Assembly: GCA_031554635.1 (NCBI GenBank)
Contig: JAVBVD010000008.1
Span: forward strand, 23,221-87,220
DNA from: Bacteroides sp.
GTDB lineage: Bacteria > Bacteroidota > Bacteroidia > Bacteroidales > Bacteroidaceae
Reading direction: 5' to 3'
Length of the DNA: 64,000 bases
In this document: piece by piece, positions 58,395 to 64,000 of the stretch
How positions within the stretch are numbered: the stretch's first letter is position 1
Layout of the letters: every line of letters starts with the position of its first letter
The notes under the pieces: model-generated
Database searches by the model: none
The model's input: the letters and a program-made list of their open reading frames with translations, nothing else
What the model was told of the DNA's origin: nothing
Program-made: the position numbers and the translations under genes

Positions 58395-59708
58395 TTATTC
58401 GATAGCCAGTTTACGTACATTCTTGCCGTCGCCACCTGCTATGTAGAGGTTGTCCTCCGAGTCGGCAGCCACATCGTGCGGGATGAAGAACGTAGACTCC
58501 AACGGATTGCCATCTACCTCCTTATCTGTGGATTTGGTTCCTCCGGCTACGGTAGTCACCCTTCCACCCGACTTGCTTACGGGGTCGTAATGAGATATTT
58601 TCCGGATAGCATTGTTGCTGCTGTCGGCTACGTAAATGTTTCCTTCACTGTCTACCGTCAATCCGAAAGGCACGTTGAACTTGGCTTCCAGGCGATCACC
58701 GTTTTGGAGTCCCGGTGAGGTCATTCCGGCAAATATCTCTTGCTTCCATACGCCTCCCTCCTGCCATATCTTCAGGATGTTGTGGTTGAAAGCTTCCGAG
58801 GCATAGAAACATTTATCTACTTTACTATACACCAGGAAGTTGAGGGTCGATCCACTGATGTAGGTTTTCTCGTCGATCAGCTTCTCCACTTTCAGTTGTC
58901 CGTCATCGGCTTTCTCTTCCAGCGAGAGGCGGATGAGCACTCCCATGTGGTTGCGTACGTACAAGTATTTCTCGGTATCGTCCAGTGTGCACGACCATTG
59001 TTCTCCGGTAGCCAGTTCGGCTATGTTTCCGCGGATCAGTTCGGGTGCCCAGCTATTGTCGCGGCGCAAGCGGTACACCTTTCCGGAGTTGCGGTAGAGT
59101 TCCACGCAGTATATAATGTCACGTGCCTCATTAACGGCAGGTTTGCCGGTACATAATCCATCCATGACGGTCACTACCTGATTGTCTTCCTGAGAGATGA
59201 GTCGCACCCGCTTCTTATGGGTTTCTACCGCCATGATATTGTCATTGGCTACCAGGTTGATACCTACTACCACTGAGAACATGGCATCGTAGATATTGCC
59301 GTTCACGTAGCCGTCTTTATTGAACATACCGCAAATGGTAGAAACCTTTTGGTTTTGAATGTAAGCAAAAGTCTTGTCGGTAGTTAGTTCTTCGTCACCT
59401 ACCATTACCTTTATCGAATTGTCGCCGGCTCCTTGCTTGGGCACCAGGCAGTAGATGGAAGCTCCGTCAGTGGATAGGATACGGGCTTCTTTGTTATTGT
59501 CGAATATCACCTTCATCTTGGAAATATCCGTTCCGAAATTACCTTTCACGATGAGTTTGTCGCCGATGCCTCCAGATTCGGGAGTGAATCCGCTTAATGT
59601 CCGGGGTTGAGAAGCATTGTACTTGTTGTCCACCGTGGGGTGCTTCACGACCTCTTCACTACTACAGCCCCAAAGAGCCAATAGTAAAAGAAATAAAACC
59701 TGTTTCAT
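58395..59708 (-). CDS. IPT/TIG and NHL-repeat lipoprotein
   Basis: Lipobox LWGC, FTPESGGIG IPT start, PFGLTVDSEGNIYVADSSNNAIRKI NHL repeat. Confidence 0.85.
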   Translation of the reverse strand: MKQVLFLLLLALWGCSSEEVVKHPTVDNKYNASQPRTLSGFTPESGGIGDKLIVKGNFGTDISKMKVIFDNNKEARILSTDGASIYCLVPKQGAGDNSIKVMVGDEELTTDKTFAYIQNQKVSTICGMFNKDGYVNGNIYDAMFSVVVGINLVANDNIMAVETHKKRVRLISQEDNQVVTVMDGLCTGKPAVNEARDIIYCVELYRNSGKVYRLRRDNSWAPELIRGNIAELATGEQWSCTLDDTEKYLYVRNHMGVLIRLSLEEKADDGQLKVEKLIDEKTYISGSTLNFLVYSKVDKCFYASEAFNHNILKIWQEGGVWKQEIFAGMTSPGLQNGDRLEAKFNVPFGLTVDSEGNIYVADSSNNAIRKISHYDPVSKSGGRVTTVAGGTKSTDKEVDGNPLESTFFIPHDVAADSEDNLYIAGGDGKNVRKLAIE

Positions 59709-59738
59709 ACATTTAAATTTAATAGTAACATTTTTGAA

Positions 59739-61955
59739 TTATCTTTTCAGGGTAATGACTGTATACGAGTACCGTGGGAATGTATAAGTGGCATTCTTCT
59801 TGGCCAGCGTTACTTGCGAAGGCTTGAATACTACCTTATCCTGCTGCTCGTAAGTATTGAAATCATTCAGGTCGCAACCGCCGATGGTCTGTACGTCGGC
59901 TTTGGAACCGAACCGGAAATTGTCGATATTGAGGACTGCGTCCAGCGGGCGATCGCTCATATTGGCTATATATATTGTCATTTCCGTTTTTAAGTCGTTC
60001 ACTTTGGCGGTGATGTCGAGCGCATTGTCACTGCTGGTGGTGGCTACCACATTGGGCTTCCATGTTTTCATCATCATCTCGTCGATATGTGCGGAGGGCT
60101 GGAACCAGATGGCATCGGCTGTGTAGTGAATGCGTCCCTGATCCCACATGTAGTGCAGTCCGTGTGGCTGGAAGGTGTTGGCGGTACCTATCATGCGGAA
60201 GCAGTCGCCATAACGTTGGATGGTGTTCCAGTTGTTGGCATGAGCCAGTCCGCGGTCCCAGTCGCAACGGCTTCCGTTCTCTTCCATCGGATGCAGGTTC
60301 AACTTGAAGCCCGGAAAGTCTTGTGCCAGTTCACGTTGAAGCACGATACCCATTTCGTTTTCGAATGCAAGTCCCGAATCGGCGAAATGTCTTGTTCCGC
60401 TGTAATGAGGATCCCACGCCAGTTTATCGCCTTGTTTTCTGGAAAGAAACCAGGCAACCATTTCGGTAGAAAGCTGGTACTCCGGAGTTCCCCGTTTGAA
60501 TCCGTCGCGACCGATGTTGAGCGAAGTCATGATCGACACTTCTGGATCGACCGACCAGGCGGCCTCGGCAAATTTCTTCATGCATTCCAGGTATCCGCGG
60601 GTCATTGGACGCTCATTGTCTACCTGGATGTATTTCAGTCCGTAAGGTACCGGATGTCCGTGTTTGGCGCGCAAGGCACCCCACGGGGTATCAACACTTC
60701 CGTTCGCGTATTCCACAAAGTCGCGTATGTCTTCGTAAGACTCGTCCATACTCATGCCGATGATGGCCGTTGCTTCGACTGCTTCGGCTGCCTGAAGCAT
60801 TTCCACCACTCCAAAACTGTGTGTGGCATACAGATTGAAGCCACTACGGAAAGTCACCCGGCGTTCGTCTACCGGACCTATCATCTTTTTCCAACGATAC
60901 AAGTATGTATCCGTGCCTACATCGACCATCGAACCGTTGTAGCGGAAAGCGTCAATGCCTTGCTTTTTCAGCGCATCGACAAACTCCTTACGAATGGGAT
61001 ACCCCTTCACCCTGCCCCACTCACCTGGTTGCAGGAAGGCAAATCCCAATGATACCTTACCGGAATTCTTCAGAGAAATACCAAAACTTCCACGAGGAGT
61101 ATTCGCATTGGGAGTCAGCTCGAAGATGATTTTTTCATATGATCCGTCGCCTTTGATGGCGCAAGGCTTCTCGGCGATTACTTTCCCGCTCTCGTCGCGC
61201 AGGGATACATACACTGTTGTAGCTTCATCTGCCTTGATGCGCAATATACCGTCGTACGTTTTACCTTTCTCGAAACAGATACCCATGCGGTACAAACCGT
61301 GATTGGTAAGTCCAACTTCGCCCTCACCTCCCTGAAAGCAGATGGTTTGTGTTTGACGGCCAATATAGGCTTTTCCGTCGCGTACCAGTTCATAGCCATA
61401 GAGGGGATTTCCTGTGGTGGTCTTGCTCCAGTACTTGGAGATCTGTTCGTTTCCGTTGAGGCGGTCGAGCATGATCTTTTGAATGGGTGCAGGCAAGGAG
61501 TCGAACACCAGAAAGCGTCCGGGGAATTTGTAACCCGAGATGATCACCGGACGGCGGAGCGGCGGAGAGTTGTAGATGTCTTTGGAGTTTACGTCGTACT
61601 TCTCGTTGAGGTTGTTCCACTGTATACGGTGGTAGATATCTGTTTGGCTGATCAGGTGCGGGATTCTTCTTTCGTCGAGCACCACGTATATCTTGGAGTA
61701 GTCGGCCCGTTTCAGATTCAGGAAATCGACGTCCATATTCTCTTCGAACGCTTCGCCATGTAGCAGTTGGCTGAAGATTCCCCCGTTCGTCTGGTTGTTG
61801 AGGTCCTCGATGTTGGTACCGTTAAACCACTTGGTTACGGTGGCAATCTGTTCGGAGGCATTCACCCGCAGTTGTACCGGGGTGTTCTGCGCCGCTGCCC
61901 AACTGCTTACAAGCAGCGAGCATAAGATTGAGATCAGTTTCTTTCTTTGTTTCAT
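59739..61955 (-). CDS. Divergent GH51-like glycoside hydrolase (paralog 2)
   Basis: Collinear and highly similar to 40516-42723 over full length. Confidence 0.75.
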   Translation of the reverse strand: MKQRKKLISILCSLLVSSWAAAQNTPVQLRVNASEQIATVTKWFNGTNIEDLNNQTNGGIFSQLLHGEAFEENMDVDFLNLKRADYSKIYVVLDERRIPHLISQTDIYHRIQWNNLNEKYDVNSKDIYNSPPLRRPVIISGYKFPGRFLVFDSLPAPIQKIMLDRLNGNEQISKYWSKTTTGNPLYGYELVRDGKAYIGRQTQTICFQGGEGEVGLTNHGLYRMGICFEKGKTYDGILRIKADEATTVYVSLRDESGKVIAEKPCAIKGDGSYEKIIFELTPNANTPRGSFGISLKNSGKVSLGFAFLQPGEWGRVKGYPIRKEFVDALKKQGIDAFRYNGSMVDVGTDTYLYRWKKMIGPVDERRVTFRSGFNLYATHSFGVVEMLQAAEAVEATAIIGMSMDESYEDIRDFVEYANGSVDTPWGALRAKHGHPVPYGLKYIQVDNERPMTRGYLECMKKFAEAAWSVDPEVSIMTSLNIGRDGFKRGTPEYQLSTEMVAWFLSRKQGDKLAWDPHYSGTRHFADSGLAFENEMGIVLQRELAQDFPGFKLNLHPMEENGSRCDWDRGLAHANNWNTIQRYGDCFRMIGTANTFQPHGLHYMWDQGRIHYTADAIWFQPSAHIDEMMMKTWKPNVVATTSSDNALDITAKVNDLKTEMTIYIANMSDRPLDAVLNIDNFRFGSKADVQTIGGCDLNDFNTYEQQDKVVFKPSQVTLAKKNATYTFPRYSYTVITLKR

Positions 61956-61980
61956 ACTATTGGATTTATTATTAGATGGA

Positions 61981-62496
61981 TTAAATGCATTTTTTTATAT
62001 AGGTACGCATCTCGCGGCGAGCCAGCAACAGGTGAGTTTCCACGGTGCGTTTATTGATGTTCATCATGTCGGAAATCTCGCCGATGCTCTTTTCGTGGAA
62101 GCGGTTGAGTGCGTAGATTCTTCGCCGTTGCTTGGGAAAGGTCGATAGTTTGGCTTTTTCGAGGGTCTTCAGTTCCTTTACTTCGTATAGTTCCTCTACG
62201 TTGTTGGTACCTTCTATATATTCATCGTAGAGATAACTGTTTACTTCTATCTTTTTGTAGTGACGGCGCAGGTAGTCGTATACCAGGTTGCGGGCTACCA
62301 TGTAGATCATCGACTTGATAGTTTCTTTACGAATCATCGATTTGTAGGTCATCAGTCGCAGGAAGGTATCTTGCGACAAATCTTTCGCCATTTCGGGGTC
62401 GCCGACTTTGGACTGAATGAAATAAATAATTGAAGGGCGATATGTAGAGTACGCATCAATTATCAGCTGGTCGGAAAATGAGGTAGATGTTTGCAT
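61981..62496 (-). CDS. ECF-type RNA polymerase sigma-70 factor
   Basis: AKDLSQDTFLRL region 2, EISDMMNINKRTVETHL region 4; -7 element TACTTTTG upstream. Confidence 0.9.
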   Translation of the reverse strand: MQTSTSFSDQLIIDAYSTYRPSIIYFIQSKVGDPEMAKDLSQDTFLRLMTYKSMIRKETIKSMIYMVARNLVYDYLRRHYKKIEVNSYLYDEYIEGTNNVEELYEVKELKTLEKAKLSTFPKQRRRIYALNRFHEKSIGEISDMMNINKRTVETHLLLARREMRTYIKKCI

Positions 62497-62698
62497 ATCG
62501 GTGTTTTTTGTTTTTCATGATTCCGAAAGCAAAAGTAGAGAAAGAATAATAGCTGGAATGATGAAAAAGGGGGAAATAGGTGCCATGCAAACCAATGGAA
62601 ACAAGAGAAATGATATGCACTGATTATCAGTGTAATAGAACGAGTACCACAAATTTATGGTACTTTGGATGAGTTGATTAAAGTTACAATAAATAATA

Positions 62699-62729
62699 AA
62701 ACCCAAACAGTTTGCACCATTTGGGTTTT
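62699..62729 (-). terminator. Hairpin downstream of the RluA gene
   Basis: AAACCCAAA...TTTGGGTTT stem. Confidence 0.5.
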
Positions 62730-62764
62730 ATCATCTATCTTTTATTGAAGCAGGAAAGTTGCTT

Positions 62765-63802
62765 CTATTCTTTTACCGGAGATTGTTTTTCCTTGGCGGA
62801 AGCTCTTTTCTCTTTAGCCGGAGCTTGGTTCTCCTCTACCGCTTCTTCCTTCGCTGAAGACTGGTTGCCTTTAAACAACAGTTTACGGAATGAATCGGGA
62901 TAAGGTGTTTCGAATCGCATCAACTCACCCGTCAACGGATGGTAGAAGTTCAGCTTGAAAGCATGCAATGCCAGGCGACCAATCGGATCATTGCCATTGC
63001 CATACTTCACGTCCCCGATCACCGGATGTTTCAGATCCTGCATGTGTACGCGGATCTGGTTCTTCCGTCCGGTTTCCAGTTCCAGCTCCATCAACGAATA
63101 GCCGTTGGCACGCTTGATGGTGCGGTAATGCGTCACAGCTTTATCGCCTCCATTGTCCGTCATGCTCGAATAGGTAATGAATACCTTGTTGTCCGTGAGC
63201 CAGGAAGTCACCGTTCCGTGATCTTTCTCCATCTCGCCCGAAACAACTGCCACGTAGCGACGTTCGGCCACAATCTTGTCCCAATTGTCCTGCATGCGCA
63301 CCTTCGTCTTCTCGTCTTTGGCAAACACCATCAAGCCCGATGTATCTCTGTCCAAGCGGTGCACGATGAATATTCGGTTGCTTTTGCTGGTCCGTTGCAC
63401 ATAATCGTTCAGGATAGAATGCGCCGTGCGTTCTTTCTGCTTATCGGTGCCGATGGAGAGCACCCCTTCGCGCTTTTCTACCACAATGATATAATTATCT
63501 TCGAACACGATCTTCAGCGCTGAGCTGTGGAACTCCTTCCGTCCTTTCTCTTTGCTGATCTGTACCTTCATGCCCGGACGAAGCGGGAAGTTGAATTGCG
63601 TGGTAATCACTTTGTCCACATACACCACCCGCTTGGCAAGCAATGATTTCAGCTTGGTGCGACTGGCATCCGGCATTTTAGCAGCCAGAAAGTCCATCAA
63701 CTCCATTGGTTCGCGAACCGCATAGTCGGTATATTTGGCTTTGGCGCGTGTAGCAGCCCGTTCCATGCGTTCGTTGGCTGTCAGTTTATTTTTTCTACTC
63801 AT
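62765..63802 (-). CDS. RluA-family pseudouridine synthase
   Basis: [32 protein letters not shown] motifs. Confidence 0.93.
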   Translation of the reverse strand: MSRKNKLTANERMERAATRAKAKYTDYAVREPMELMDFLAAKMPDASRTKLKSLLAKRVVYVDKVITTQFNFPLRPGMKVQISKEKGRKEFHSSALKIVFEDNYIIVVEKREGVLSIGTDKQKERTAHSILNDYVQRTSKSNRIFIVHRLDRDTSGLMVFAKDEKTKVRMQDNWDKIVAERRYVAVVSGEMEKDHGTVTSWLTDNKVFITYSSMTDNGGDKAVTHYRTIKRANGYSLMELELETGRKNQIRVHMQDLKHPVIGDVKYGNGNDPIGRLALHAFKLNFYHPLTGELMRFETPYPDSFRKLLFKGNQSSAKEEAVEENQAPAKEKRASAKEKQSPVKE

Positions 63803-64000
63803 GGTCGGGTCTCTTTTCAAGTAAAACTACATTTTCCACGTGGTGCGTATGCGGGAACATATCCACCGGTTGCACAGCTGTCACCCTGTACTTGGCATCG
63901 AGCAACTGCAAGTCGCGCGCTTGTGTAGCCGAGTTGCAACTCACATAAACGATGCGCTGCGGTTCGGCGAAGAGAATCACGTCGACCACATCCTGGTGCA
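63795..64000 (-). CDS. rlmD: 23S rRNA m5U1939 methyltransferase, 3' end (runs off window end)
   Basis: [14 protein letters not shown] and [11 protein letters not shown] motifs. Confidence 0.88.
   Translation of the reverse strand, partial: HQDVVDVILFAEPQRIVYVSCNSATQARDLQLLDAKYRVTAVQPVDMFPHTHHVENVVLLEKRPDHE

Noticed and set aside
62600-62730. Invertible promoter upstream of the sigma gene
   Set aside because: Dyads are short and local, do not flank the -7 element, and no recombinase is present

Overview
Chromosomal window from a Bacteroidales organism, most likely Bacteroides (TAnnTTTG -7 promoters, susC/susD, gene order). 1-22.7 kb is core genome: the glutamine-amidotransferase cluster carB(partial)-carA-purF-glmS divergent from gltB-gltD-asnB, a glycerophosphodiesterase, a TonB receptor plus heavy-metal-binding protein, an RsiV-like lipoprotein, rsmG, an MBL hydrolase and gcvP. 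About 24.2-62.5 kb is a ~38 kb minus-strand polysaccharide utilisation locus (PUL): ECF sigma, two divergent GH51-like paralogs, IPT/TIG-NHL protein, SusC, SusD, DUF1735 lipoprotein, membrane sensor-AraC regulator, GH43s, a GH28/49-like beta-helix, two GH97, GH51, a heparinase II/III-like lyase, GH88 and GH127/146, interrupted by a few non-PUL genes. The window ends with an RluA-family gene and the 3' end of rlmD. The most interesting signals are non-coding: (i) a fixed-spacing bipartite motif (TTACGTGTT-N13-TCGTAYT) upstream of four to five PUL sub-operons, a candidate promoter for the anti-sigma-less ECF factor; (ii) short tandem arrays of 21/22/23-bp palindromic units, one family present twice 48.5 kb apart; (iii) a stand-alone ~68-nt sRNA with promoter and terminator; (iv) a terminator wedged between purF and carA; (v) an unannotated 35-aa membrane peptide, a GTAG-type REP and a GH43 gene remnant. 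No tRNA, rRNA, CRISPR or transposase was recognised. Family calls come from motifs read by eye, not database searches.
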